This document shows positions 50,430 to 64,000 of a stretch of DNA of 64,000 nucleotides, one piece after another. Source of the stretch: Camelus dromedarius. Lineage: Eukaryota. The position numbers and the translations under genes are program-made. The stretch is taken from NCBI RefSeq assembly GCF_036321535.1, contig NC_087436.1, positions 90,522,001-90,586,000 of the forward strand. Direction: 5' to 3'. The notes under the pieces were generated by a model. The model was not told where the DNA came from, did no database searches, and saw only the letters and a program-made list of their open reading frames with translations. Position 1 is the first letter of the stretch, and every line of letters starts with the position of its first letter.

Positions 50430-51290
50430 AATTTCATACAATAGAAATAAATCTTAAGGATACAACTTAATGTGTGCTGACCAGTGTACTCAGCCACATA
50501 AATAATGCCTTAGACAAATTATGGAGTATTTTCATTACTTAAGAAAGTCTGCCTATGTCCCCTTCTAGTTCATCTGCACACCTCCATTGGAAACCATTTA
50601 TATGATTGCTATTACTTTAAGTTGGTTTGCTGACTTTTATTTAAATTGAATCATATATTATGCCCTCTTTGGTGTCTTCCTTCTATCTTTGAAAATAATG
50701 TTTTTGAATCGATTATGTTAATATGTTAATATATACACCAGACAAATAATATTTTATTCTATGAAATTCATAATTTGTTCATCTGTTGATAGACATTTGT
50801 GTTGTTTCAACTATTTGATTATTAACAAACTTGCTATTGACCATTCTTGTGAAAAATTTTTGCACATGTAAGTGTTCTTTTATCTTTGACAAATTGTACC
50901 TCGGAATAGAATTACCGAGTCAATTTGTAGGTATCTATTAATAGCAAAGGAAGCTGCCAAAGAGTTTAAGAAAACGGTTATATTATTTAACACCTCCATT
51001 AACAATATTTGAGCATTCAAGTTGCTCCATATCTGTGCCAGTATTATTGCAATGACTTCTTTAAAACTTAGTGATTCTAGTGGGTGCAAAGTTGCATCTT
51101 ACTATAGTTTTAATCACATTCCCTCGGAGTAATACTCCTGAGCACATTTTCATGTGCTTATTTGCAATTTATATGTTTCTGATTGTGAAATTTCTGTTGA
51201 GGTAGATAACCCATTTTTACTGTTTTTCTTCTTTACTTTTTTTTGTTATTGACTGATAAGAGGGTATTTTTGTTTTGTTTTATTTTTTAA
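50430..51290 (-). mobile_element. L1ME-like 3' region
   Basis: aaatttcatacaatagaa...gatagacatttgtgttgtttc...gagcacattttcatgtgcttatttgc. Confidence 0.7.
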
Positions 51291-51497
51291 TAACAGTAAG
51301 TATATAAGACAGGACTAAAACTTTTATTCTTGGTCTAAGGTAAAACAGTTTGATGATCTCCCAAGTTTATTTAAATTTGAAAAGGGTAAAAAATTGAGAT
51401 GTTATGTAAGGAATTTTTATCTTCTAAATTTTCCTATCAGTTATAAGGTATATATGTATATCTTATGTATGTACACACACATGCATATATATCTATA

Positions 51498-52922
51498 TAT
51501 TTCTGGACTCTCTATTCTGTTCCACTGGTCTATGTGTCTGTTTTTATGCTGGTACCATACTGCTTTAATTACTGTAGCTTTGTAATACAGTTTGAAATCA
51601 GAAGGTGTTATGGCTCCAGCTTGGTTCTTATTTCTCAAGATTGCTTTGGCTATTCAGGGTCCTTTATAGTTCCATATGAATTTTGGATTTTTCTCTACTT
51701 CTATGAAAGATGCCATTGTGATTTTGATAGAGATTTTATTGAATCTGTAGATCTCTTTGGGTAGTATGGTTGTTTTAACAATGTTAATTTATCCAATTGA
51801 TGAACATGGAATATCTTTTCATTTATCTGTGTCTGCTTTAATTTCTTTCACTGACATTTTGTAGTTCTCAGTGTGTAGATCTTTCACTTCCTTAGTTAAG
51901 TTTATTCCTAAGTATTTTACTCTTTTTGATGCTATTGTAATTGGGACTGGTTTTTAAATTGCCTTTTCAGTTTGTTCCCTATCGGTATATAGAAACATAT
52001 CTAATATATATATGTTGATTTTGTATCCTGCAACTTTATTGAATTCATTTATTAGTTTGAATAGCTTGGGGTGTTATTTCTGAGGGGTATTTAGGATTTT
52101 CTACATAATAAATCATGACATCTCAAACATAATTTTGCTACTTTCTTTCCAATATGGTTATTCTTTCTTTTTTTTTTTTTTTTTTTTTTTGTAATTAACG
52201 GCTCTGGCTGGGACTTTCAGTGCTGTATTGAATGAAGTTTGCAGAAATTGGTGTCCTTGTTTGTTCCTGATCTTAGAGGAAGAGGTTTCACTTTTTCATG
52301 ACTGACATGAGATTTAGCTGTGTCCTTGTCATATACAGCTTCATGATGTTGAGGTTCACTCCTTCTATGCCTAGTTTGTAGACAGTTCTTATAAAAGTGT
52401 GTTGAATTTTTTTAAGCATTTTTCTTCCATCTCTTGAGATGATCATGTGATTTTTATTCTTCATTCTATTAATGCAGTGTATCACATAGATTGGTGTGTA
52501 TTGAACCATCCTTGACTCCCGAGGATAAATCCCACTTGATCATAGCGTGTGGTCCTTTTAATGTGCTGTCGAATCCAATTTACTAGTATTTTGTTAAGGA
52601 TTTTTGCATCTATGTTCATTGCGGATAGTGTTCTGTAACTTTCTCTCTTTTTGTAGTATCTTTATCTGGCTTTGGTATCAGGTAATGTAGGGCTAATAAA
52701 GTCATTTTGGGAGTGTTCTCCTGTCTTCAAATTTTTTTGAAGAATTTGAGAAGGATTGGCATTAAGTCTTCTTTAAATGTTTGGTTGTAAAACCATATGG
52801 TTCTGGTTTTTATAGGTAGGTTTTTGATTACTGCTTCCATCTCCTTACTTGTTATTGGTTTGTTTGGGCCTTTTATTTCTTTATGATTCAGTCTTGGCAT
52901 GTTTTATGTTTCTAAGAATTTA
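51498..52922 (-). mobile_element. L1 ORF2 internal fragment (RT region)
   Basis: Minus ORFs [39 protein letters not shown] and HCINRMKNKNHMIIS. Confidence 0.9.
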
Positions 52923-53034
52923 AGAAGACTTTATCAAAGAAACAATCAAGTAAGCAAAAATACTACTTACAGAGGTGGGGGTAGGTACTTGCATGACAGC
53001 TGTCTCAAAGAGGGCTCAACAGTGGTCTATTCTT

Positions 53035-53180
53035 TTTCTTTTTTTTAAGGGACTTTTATTTATTTTGAGGGGCAGTAATTAGGTTGGTTTGTTTGTTTAT
53101 TTAATGGAGGTACTGAGAATTGAGCCCAAGACCTTGTTCATGCTAAGCAAGCACTCTAACCATTGAGCTATACTCCCCCA
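53035..53180 (-). mobile_element. tRNA-derived SINE, Vic-1-like (camelid)
   Basis: Minus strand reads ggggagtatagctcaatggttagagtgcttgcttagcatgaacaaggtcttgggctcaattctcagtacctcca (A and B boxes, tRNA-Ala-like head), followed by aacctaattac and an A-rich tail. Confidence 0.8.
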
Positions 53181-53499
53181 GGTCTAGACTGTTCTTAAGC
53201 AATGTTTGACAAGCATCTAAAATAATTTCTCAAATATACCTCCACATCCTAACTATTATCATTCTATGCTTTGAGTAATAACAAATTTTGCCAACTTGCA
53301 TGTTTATTTTCATGTAGTTGTAATTCAGGAGCAATAAGAAATGTAAAGTTTGGTAAATACAGGAGATAGGGTAGGAAGAATATAGCCAACCTAACTCTCA
53401 AGTGACTGTACAATTTGGGGTTGGTATGTAGCTATATAAAGATTATGAAATTAAATTTATTTATTTAAAATTGTATTTATTTTAAAACATTGCCAGTAT

Positions 53500-53560
53500 C
53501 ATATATATATATATGTATATATATCATATATATATGTGTGTGTATATATATATATGTATT
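53500..53560. repeat. (TA)n/(TG)n compound microsatellite
   Basis: atatatatatatatgtatatatatcatatatatatgtgtgtgtatatatatatatgt. Confidence 0.9.
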
Positions 53561-53684
53561 GCCAGTATCATATATTATACCACACATTTTGCCAAGCATA
53601 GGGTAAAAAGAAACTTATTTCTCTATTTTTACTGCATCATGAGATGTGTTCTTATTGCAGTAAAAATAAAGAAAGAAGTTTATT

Positions 53685-53822
53685 TTTATTTATATTTATT
53701 ATCTTAACAAAAGTTTAAGTGTACAATAAAGCATTATTAACTGTAAGTACAGTGTTACACAGAAGATCTCTAGAACTTCATTATCTTAAATAACTGAAAC
53801 TTTATCTCCATTTCATAGCAGG
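53685..53822 (-). mobile_element. L1MA/MB extreme 3' fragment
   Basis: tttaagtgtacaata...ttattaactgta...agatctctagaactt...taactgaaacttta. Confidence 0.7.
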
Positions 53823-53939
53823 CTTCTGTCTTTAAGGCGTTTATAGCAATGGACTATAGGCAAGAGATTCCATAAAACACAACAAAACAAAACAAAACAA
53901 AAACAGAAAGAAAAAAAAACCCAAAGCTCTTTCTTAGTT

Positions 53940-55010
53940 GCCTATATACAAGCACTGAGTGTTGAAACATCAGAAAGTATTCAGTGAACTATATTATTTG
54001 AGGATAGGTGTAATAAATGAGAGTGTTGGAGGGAATTACAGGAGATGGGAAAAGACAGTTCAACACTGATTATCTCATGAAGTGTCTTGCCATAATAATC
54101 TAGGAATTATTCTGAAGTTAATGGAGAGATCATGGAAAATGTTAAGCAGGTGCTCAAAACAATCATATTAGTGATGTAGAAAGATCATTTCAACTGTGTT
54201 GTTGTCAGGGAAGGTTTCTCTGCAGAAGGACATTTTAGTTGAAATCTGAAAGACAAGGAAGGAGTCAGCCGAGCAACAAACATGGGGGAAAACAGTACAG
54301 TCATAGGAACAAATAATCTCAATACAGTTGGTCCTCCCTTTCCTCAGGTTCTACAGTCATGAATTCAACCAACAGAAGATCAAAAATATTCCAGAAAATT
54401 TCAAAAAGAAAAAGTTGAATTTGCCACATGCTGGCAACTATTTACATAATACTTACATTATATTTAAACCTATTAACATAGTATTTACATTGTATTAGGT
54501 ATAATAAGTAAGGGAGAGATTGAAGTATATGAGAAGACATGTAAAGTTTATATGCAAATACTGCATCATTTTATAAAGGGACTTGAGCATCCAAGGCTTT
54601 GGGTATTTGCAGGGGTCCTGGAACCAGTCTCTCAGATACTGGGAGTCTACAGTATCTGAATAAAATTTGGCATGTTTCAGGAACAGAAAATAAAACTGTA
54701 GTGAATGAAGTGTAATCTGGAGAAAGAGTAAGTTGTAGTTCTAAGCAAAAGTCAAATAACTTCAGGGATGGAAATCAGATTAAGGAGTTTGGATTTTCCT
54801 TTTAAGTGTAATTTAAAACAATTGAAATATGAGCAACAGAGTACAATTATCTCTTTATGTTAAAAAAAATTATTCTGACTTTTGGGTGGAGAATGAATTG
54901 AAAACGCAAGAGCAGAACAATAGAGTGGGAAATCTATTTGAGATGTATCTATGAAAATGTTGATAGTAGTAAAGAGTAAAAGAAGTGGAATTGTTTATAA
55001 AGTGATTTTA
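53940..55010 (-). mobile_element. L2 fragments interrupted by a Tigger element
   Basis: cagggaaggtttctctgcagaaggacattttagttgaaatctgaaagacaaggaaggagtcagcc; ggcatgtttcaggaacag; taaggagtttggatttt. Confidence 0.7.
54325..54652. mobile_element. Non-autonomous TcMar-Tigger DNA transposon (Tigger3a/MER7A-like)
   Basis: TA TSD at 54323-54324 and 54653-54654; starts cagttggtcctcc; internal gtttatatgcaaatactgcatcattttataaagggacttgagcatcc...ggggtcctggaacc. Confidence 0.85.
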
Positions 55011-55858
<848 letters not shown>

Positions 55859-56267
55859 AATGTTTGCATTTTTGTTTTTAGGTCTTTATAACTAATTAGC
55901 TATTAATAGTAAGAGTAAATTTTCCACTTATTTTTTGTCAACAATCTCCTCAGCTGACTTAAAGACTCAATTCTAAGTGATTTCTTTATATTATTCATTG
56001 TTGTCTGAGAAGTAGATTAGGAATAAAGACTAAATTTTCAATAAGCACTGAAACTATCGTTTCAGTGTACATCAGTGTACATCAGCTTGATGTACAAGTC
56101 ACAGTTTTAAAAAGCCAGTATTTTCCTGAACTAAATGAGAGAGAACCTTTTTTTCCTGTCCTCTGAAAGGAGGCCATATTGAATTAAGCTTTTGAGCATC
56201 TTTTAGATTTGACTTTAAAAAAGAAAATAAAGATATGAAGACTATATTCATTAAAATAAATTTGATT

Positions 56268-56472
56268 AGAAATGCTGTCATTTGCAGCAATATGAAAGGA
56301 TCTATATTATTGTGTAAGTAAAGTAAGTCAGACAGAGAAAGGCAAATATTATACTGTATCACTTATATGTAGAATGTAGAAAAGTAATACAAATGAACTT
56401 ATTTACAAAACAGAAACAGACTCACAAATGTAGGAAACAAACTTATGGTCACCAAAAGGGAAAGGTTGGGGC
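56268..56472 (+). mobile_element. L1 ORF2-end/3'UTR fragment
   Basis: taagtcagacagagaaaggcaaata...aatgaacttatttacaaaacagaaacagactcac...cttatggtcaccaaaaggg. Confidence 0.8.
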
Positions 56473-57963
56473 TGTTGGCCTACTTTTAAACTGCCTTTTG
56501 TATCACATTCAACATACTTTATTTTCTTCTAATATTTTTATGAACATAATTATTTCCATGAAGTACCTGGAAAGGTATGATGGGACAGAATTCAGGAAAA
56601 GTGATTGCAAGTAGAAAAGAGATTCAAAACTATTAACATTAGAGGAGAAGTAGAGTCATTCATTTTCCACTCCACCCATCTCCCTCTGGTGCATACTTCC
56701 TCTTACTAATGCATGTGGATGTCAACATACTACTGGTAAGTTGAAAGGAATGGAAATGTTCTCCAGGTAGAAATTATCCCCCTAGGTCCTGCACTCTGGA
56801 CAGGTGGCAGTTTGACCCTGAATTATAGCTAAGGCACTAAAGGAAAATTTTACCTCAGAGATTTATTTTTCCTCACCTTCTGCATGTAGAAAAACAGTCA
56901 CGTGGAATATCAGTAAGAAAAATTATTCAATCCTAAAGGATTTCTCTCTTATACATATGTCCAATGTTATATACCATTTTCAGATCTGTAGATATATTCA
57001 TCTGATTTATGTGCTAATAATCAGATAAAAAATCGGCCTGATAGAGTACAGATTGAATAAGGACTTTGAAAATTCATCTGATTATAACTTTGGTTTGTGC
57101 ATCTAAACACAATTTTGGAATTGTCTATCCTATAAGTATTTTAAGAGATTTTTTATTTAATATTTTAACAAACCTCAAAATTTTTGCAAATGTAATTCCT
57201 AACCCCTAAAACAAATAACACTCTTTCAAAAACTAAGTATTATTAAATTCCTTTGGGGGAAAAAAAAACGCTTTGTCTCAAAAGCATTGTTGATTTTAAA
57301 GTAAAATTTATTTCTGTCCTCATGAGGACTCACAGGTATTTAATTCAAAGAACTTGAGGAAAAAAAAAAAAACAGGTTTATGACTGATTTTTTTTAAAAT
57401 GGAAAATGCTATTAATATCCATTCTTAACTAGTTATTTAAAACAAGGTATTGGAAAAAGACTAGAGAAAAAATGTGACTGAAATTTGTTTGGCATAGGCT
57501 TGCCAGTAAATCTTTGGTGGGTTAACCAAAGTTACAGAATATGAAATCAGTTTCAGGGATTATTGTAGTATCATGTGGAAGCTTTAAGAATGGGTAAAAA
57601 GAAAAGATTTGTATATTCTATAATAGCTTATGCTAAAATATTGGTGTGTGATGTTGATAAAATCAAAATAAATATTAAATTTCTTTTAAGTAGCTTAAAA
57701 TATTAATATATCCTATACAGAATTTAGGTTCTATACCAAAAAAGAAAATATTTTAACACGACTTTGTGAAATTATTAGAATTTTGATCCTGATGTCAAAT
57801 AAAAAAATACATAAATTTTACTCTAGGTGGTTTCGAAAACTTGATTCACTTCCTTCATTTGTTTAATAAAATCATTTAAATAGTGTAGCAGAGAACATCA
57901 AGAGTGGTTAAACAGTCTCTGAACAATTTGCACCTTCCTTTTTCAGTCTTTATACTCTTCTAG

Positions 57964-58180
57964 AATGATGGTTATCAATCATCCCTGTGATTCAGAATGA
58001 CTAGAGGGTGTTATAAAACAAAATAAATAAGCAAACAATTAAGAAAAATTAAGTGACAAGATCTATAGCTCTAAAGATTTATTTCATTTGAGTTGATGTG
58101 AAATGCAGGCATCACCTTTTTAAAAAAATTCTTAAATGATTTTATCGTGCTTTTGATTCCACGAATTATTTTGGATGTCT
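57964..58180. mobile_element. hAT-Charlie MER5-like relic
   Basis: tggttatcaa...tcagaatgactagagg...gcaggcatcacctttttaaaaaa...aatgattttat. Confidence 0.45.
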
Positions 58181-59219
58181 AGGAATACAACTATATTATC
58201 TACTATGGAGGAAATATTAGTGCCATCTTTGCAATTTTTTATATTGCCACTTTCTCATCTTTAATTGTTTTGTTTAATACATCCAGAATGAAATTATTAC
58301 AGTATTTGGCAACCTTACCCTTTTGCTGATGATAGAGATATTTCTAGTGCTTTTCTATTGACCATTAGGCTGGATTTGGTTTGGAATATGTGTTTTACCA
58401 TGTTAATACCAACTTCACATGTTTTTTAATAAAGGGGCCAATTTCTTTCTTACTGTTGTTTATATAAGTTAATGCCAGCTACTTCACAAAGTTCTTTAAT
58501 GGTAGTTAGCGATGACAATATTTATAAGAAAATAATGTAATTTAATCTGTTTCATTCCATTATTTGGATTGTCTTAGAAAAAATATATGAGCTTTTTTAA
58601 TCTGTGAATTCTATCATATATTGTTTATCATTTAGTAACATTTTATATATCTCTCCTTACCAGTACATGAGAAATGAATATGTTCTTTTCATGAATGTAT
58701 GTTTAAATATGCTAAATTAATGCTTCTCATGGTGACCTATCCCACATTATTTAATTATGTATGAGAAACTGACATATAGTATTAAAATATTCAGAGAAAA
58801 ATGAAATAATGTAATTAATGAGTAATGCATAAAGAAATTTCTACACATCAAAAATAGTTGTAAAATAAAATTTAAAATAGTAAAAATAGCTCGATCAGGT
58901 ATTGAATTAATAAATACACCATATTTAATCAAAAATTTAGTATTTATTATGTACAAAATATATATATGTAAACAAGTATATTAGCACATAGAGGGACTTA
59001 AGGCGCTAAAATTCTTAACAATTAAAACAGGAAAACAATCGAGAAAATCCATGAAAACAAAAGTTCTTTGTTACTTGAGTTCTTTGAAAAGATCCATGAA
59101 ATGCCTAAAATTGTGACCTTTGATAAATAAAGTAAAATCATAAATGTGCATACATTTTTTGGTATTCAAATTTCTCCTGACCCTGAATAATTTTTTAAAT
59201 TGCTATACCATTTTTGTTA

Positions 59220-59490
59220 AACTTTTAAACTAATTTTATTGAGGTAAATTTCTGTATAGTAAAGCTAATAGATCCTAAGGATACAGTTCAAAAGGTTTAT
59301 AAATGTATATATTAAATATTAAACCTTAAGATACATTTCTTTCTCATTTCATCAATTTTCCTACCACCCAGAAAGTTTTCTTATGTCTCTTTCCAGTCAA
59401 TCTCCTTTCCAAGAGGTAACAACTATTCTGATATTTATCACTATATGTTAGTTTTACCTGTTTTTGAATTTTATGTAAATTGAATCATAC
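59220..59490 (-). mobile_element. L1ME-like 3'UTR fragment
   Basis: attttattgaggtaaattt...cccagaaagttttcttatgtctctttccagtcaatc...gaggtaacaactattctga. Confidence 0.7.
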
Positions 59491-59519
59491 TGGTGGATGT
59501 TGTAGTTTTGGGTGTGTAA

Positions 59520-60805
59520 TCTAAAGGGAGGACAGCACAATGATCATAGATTTAAACCTTCTGTATTGTAAAGACATCAGTTTCTACCCAATTAATCTAT
59601 AGATTCGATCTAGTTTCAATCAATATCTCAGTAGCTTTCCATTAACAATCTTATTTAAAATGTTAAGGAAATACAAATAGCAAAGAATAATCAAGACAGT
59701 CTTGAAGATGAAGAACAAAGTTGAGGACCCTACAGGTAAAATATAAATACTTTTTTAGATGTACACCATTTAAAAATTTGTTATAGTGGTTCAAGGATAG
59801 ACAAAATGATTGATAGAACAGAATACTCCAGAATTAGATTCACACTTAGATGGACGTGATTTATGACTGAGATGGCACTGTAAAGAAGTAGAAAATGATC
59901 CTGCATCTATTGAATATCCATGTTTTAAAATAATTATTACCTCACACAATACACAATGAAATGTGGATCTTAATGTGAAAGGCAAAACCGTAAAATGTCT
60001 ATACGATAGTGCAATAAAACACTTCCGTGAACTGGGGTCACAATAGTTTCTGAAACTGGACACAATAATCACTAATCTTACAGAAAAAGATAGATAAAAT
60101 GCACTACATTAAATTTTGGAACTCTTCACCAAAAGATACCATCAGGAAAGTAAGACATAAACCCATATATTGAAAGAAGTCATTTGACATACACATAACC
60201 AACAGAAGGTTAATATCTAGGGTATATAAATAATTTAAGCAAATCAAGAAGAAATAGACAAATTATAGGAAAAGGATATTTAAATTTCAAAATGCCACAT
60301 AAAAAAGGTCCAGGTCATTACCTGTGAGGAAAATTAAAAAGTCAATGTCATACCACAGTATTCCTCCAGAATGGCTAAAACTGAAAATATTTATAATAAT
60401 AATTTTTGATACTGTAGAGTAACGAACTCTCATAAACTTCTCATAGGTGAGTAAATGGTTACAATTATTTTGGAAAAACTATTTGACTCTATCTACAGAA
60501 GCTCACCATATCCATAATCTATGAGCAAGTAATTCCCCTCTCCAGAAAATGAACACCCATGTGCATAAAATATGCACAAGAATGTTTATAGCATCCTTAT
60601 GTCTCATAGCCTTAAGCTAAAAACAGTTTAAATGAATATCGATATTTTACCAATTACAATGAAAACTATTCTGTTACTTTGGTAACAAATAAATCACATA
60701 ATTATAATGTTATGTGAAAAAAATCAAGATATATATTTATATACACATATATACTTATTACTTTATTTAAATAAGTTCAAAACAGATAAAAATTTTCCAT
60801 GGATA
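59520..60805 (+). mobile_element. Ancient L1 ORF2 3' region and 3'UTR
   Basis: caattaatctatagattc, ggatagacaaaatgattgatagaacagaa, caagaatgtttatagc. Confidence 0.7.
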
Positions 60806-61599
60806 TGGATGTTCCTAAATTTAGTCAATTTTATCCTATCCTATTTTAAAATATTTTATAACATATTTTCCTGTAAATAATTCCCTTTAAACTTTGAATA
60901 ATTGTAATACTTAAAACAACATTACCATTCATCAAAATCCAACTTTGCTTTCCATAATAGAAGGTAATTGTAAAAATATGTTGCATTTTAAAAACTAAAA
61001 ATATTTAAATTTGAATGATATCAAAATAATAAAATTTATTCTTTATTTTAAAAAGAATTTTTAAATTTATTTTAATTCTTATAATCACTTAGTGACAATG
61101 TAATATGCATCTTGATGTTGTTTTTAATTATGATGAAAAGCTATTCTGGGTCAAAAAACATAGTTTCACTCTTTTTTATGTATATGAAGTCCAAGAAATG
61201 TCACACACACCACAAACACATGACATCAAATGGGGCATAATTTATTTAAATCACTTGTGATATTGTAAGAATCTGGAAATTATTTCAGTAAGTCTTCTGA
61301 GGTAATCACTCAGAATTAGGTTTTCCTCTGAATATGCTTTTTGATAATATTCACATGATTGAGAGGAAAAGTGCTCATTACTGAATTTGGGGGAAAACAC
61401 ATGTGAAGAACTTCTATTAAATCACTACATTTTGCTTCATAATATTGTAAATTATTTCAGTGACTCCTTTAGATGAGCTTACCGTCTAGTTATGCACACA
61501 ATTAAAATATTTTATCTATTTGTTGATTGGTTCACTAGAGTGAGGAAAGGGATCTCTCACCCAGGGCCCTTGAGCCATTGTGTTTGACGTACATTATCT

Positions 61600-61830
61600 A
61601 TAGTTAATATTTATTAACCCAGTACTGCTAGGTACTATGCTAGGCATTTAACTTTTCATATTTTAACTATCATTGCAGTCTTACAAAGAACTGTGTTTTA
61701 TTATTTGCATTTTAGAGAGGAGGGAAAAAAACCAAAAAGATTAAGATCACAGGTAATCTAGTAGCAGGTATCACCTGGGCCAAGCCTAGTTGCCAGCTAA
61801 ACATTTAACTCCACATTCTGCTGCCCCATG
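61600..61830 (-). mobile_element. MIR SINE
   Basis: atatttattaacc...ctaggtactatgctaggcattt...gcattttagagaggaggg. Confidence 0.6.
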
Positions 61831-61954
61831 AGCTAGTTCAGAAGCAGTAGATATAGATTCAAGTTAGTTTCTCCAAGCAGGAGAGGATTTTAGAAAGGCC
61901 AAAGTCTAACTTCTGGGGAAAACCAGTATTTAAAACAAATCTTATTATTTACAA

Positions 61955-62155
61955 GTATACAGTATTTATCATACAAGCATTTTACATGTATTACTTATTT
62001 AACCCTAATGAAAGTCCTAGGAGGCAGGAACTAGTATTCCTATTTTACTCATGAGGAAACTGTCACAGAGTCATTAAGTAGCTTGACCAAGATGCAAATT
62101 ATAGCCCTAGAATTCCAGTCTAGAGTTTCTTTTCTTAGTCACTATGCACATTATC
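61955..62155 (-). mobile_element. MIR SINE
   Basis: tattcctattttactcatgaggaaactgtcacagagtcattaagtagcttgaccaagat (antisense MIR core). Confidence 0.8.
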
Positions 62156-62199
62156 CCCAGAGCAGGAGAGGAGGATATAAAAATGGAATAGGTGCAGAT

Positions 62200-62600
62200 G
62201 AAGCACAAAGAGTAAGAAATAAAGTCATTCTGAATAGGAAGATCTTGGAAAGCTCCTTGAAGGACGTAGAATTTAGCTGGACCTTTAAGGAAATGTAGAG
62301 CATTGACAAGTGGATGTGACAGGAAAGCAGACAGGAAAGACAAGACAAAGCAGGAGACCAAGTGGGTCAGAACCTGGGAAAGACAATGATTAGGTCATTT
62401 GTGTTAAATAGAAGGATGAAGTAGGAAATTAGGAGAAAAAAGTAGGTAGATTCAGATCTAGAAATGTTACATATTTTGGATAACAGATTTGGACTTGATC
62501 CATATTGTTGTATAAAGATAAATAAGAGTTAAGCAGTTACTGAAATTAAAAGATTTGGGTTTAGAAATTTAGTTCTAACTATGGGGACAGTATGATCTAG
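62200..62600 (-). mobile_element. L2 fragment
   Basis: ggaaagctccttgaaggacgtagaatttagctggacctttaagg...atttggacttgatcc. Confidence 0.6.
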
Positions 62601-63859
62601 TTTGGTCCAAACCATCCTTATTTATGCCTATTATCCCAGGAAAATTGTTAACAGCACCTCCTTCCTACTTTTAAAGATTCCTAGTTAGGATAACACATTT
62701 TGTGTTCACTCTGTGACTAATATTTATGCATCAGAATGGAAAAATCAAACTTTTAGCATTATCCAGTATTTGTTAGTGTCTTAAGGTTTTAAAACTGGAA
62801 TGGTTAGTCTGAAGGGCAGCTTTACAATGTTTTTTTAAAAATCAGTATCAGGCTTCAGTACTTACTCCAGGGAAATGTTATAATGTGCACAAGAAGGCAC
62901 GTACAAAGATGTTAACTGTCTCGCTGTATTATGGAACAAGTTAAACAAAACAATTAATAGCCAATAAATGAGTGACTACATAAACTATAGTATACATTTA
63001 CTAAGAGTTATTCTGCAACAGTTAGACAAAAAGGTGGGCCCATGGTTCTTAATGGAAAGCAAACTAAATAAAATAGAAGTATTGTTTTATTTCCTCTATT
63101 AATTTAAGTGAATAGTAAAAGAACTAGAGGGAAATAAACAACTTATTGAAGAAAGAACTGGAATAAGGTTTGTGAGCAAATTAAGGAGGTGTCTACTCTA
63201 TAAATAATCATTCAAGAGAACATGAACTATAGTTGTGGTTGTATACATTAAAAAATAGAAGACATTTAAGAAACTGCATGAATAGAATTAAGAGTTGCAA
63301 CACCATTTATATAGATAGTAAAGGAGTAGGCAGACTCAAAGACGGCTCCAAATTTTGAACTTTCATTCCTGAGAAGATGATGATCTCATTTTGGAAATAC
63401 TGATGTCAGAAAATATATGAAACTAAATGTAATGCACTTTACTTGTTTTTACTCCTTCATTTGAGGCTCTGGCAGACCTGCCCTGTTAAGATAACTAGCA
63501 AAACATTGACCTTAACTTCTTTCTTCACCCCTTGAGACCTGTATGGTATTGTGTGTAACATTACCACGTTGTCGTATGGCTGTTTTATGTTCTCCACACT
63601 AGTCTGTGAGCTTGAAAATTTTGTCCAACTTTACAATTTTACAACTTCACAAAATCCGGGCCAGGTCTTTACAAACTATTATTATATTCCATGTTGCCTC
63701 TGAACATAAGTGCAATCAATGTCTGTTTTCCTCATAACTTTTTAGACTAATATTTGGACCACCTGAAGTATACCTTTTTATTTTTATTTCCATGTAACAC
63801 TATAACAATATAATGATGTGATAGAATTGGTATTACTTCAGTATGATATATGATTGAAT

Positions 63860-63980
63860 TTTTCTTTCCTACCAGTTTTTCTTTCACTGACCTAGGGCAG
63901 GGGCAGGTCTTACTTGATTATGAATCATAAGGTATCTGGAGTATAACAGATACAAAAGAATGTTGGTTGAATTAAAATGC
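63860..63980 (+). mobile_element. L2 3' end
   Basis: agggcaggggcaggtctt...tatctggagtataacagatac...aatgttggttgaat. Confidence 0.55.
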
Positions 63981-64000
63981 AGAGGTATAATATAAAGAAC

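Noticed and set aside
53105..53180. tRNA gene
   Set aside because: The B box and stems are degenerate and it is followed by a SINE body and A-rich tail, so it is a SINE head.
58310..58400. Minus-strand mini-ORF ending at a GG|GTAAG donor
   Set aside because: There is an in-frame stop just upstream, no good acceptor, and the peptide is unrecognisable.

Overview
This is mammalian, AT-rich, repeat-dense genomic DNA with no protein-coding host gene, RNA gene or CRISPR array that I can support; it reads as a gene desert or the interior of a large intron. A tRNA-derived SINE at ~53035-53180 resembles the camelid Vic-1 family, so the species is probably a camel, alpaca or llama (inference). A large share of the window is LINE-1 of several ages, plus L2, MIR, MaLR (MLT1) LTRs, an internally deleted ERV-L provirus and DNA transposon relics (Tigger3a/MER7A-like, MER5-like). 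The first 13.5 kb is a nested stack: one ancient L1 is split by three later L1 insertions, and one of those is itself split by a young 3-kb element. That element (5410-8454) is the most interesting object here. It has TSDs, a CpG-rich 5'UTR with ~60-bp monomers and ORF1, then jumps directly to the last ~370 nt of ORF2 and the 3'UTR, so it lacks endonuclease and reverse transcriptase (a HAL1-like or spliced L1 derivative). Nearly all recognisable ORFs in the track are L1 or ERV-L remnants or their antisense shadows. Subfamily names come from recalled consensus motifs, not database searches, and boundaries of old repeats are approximate.
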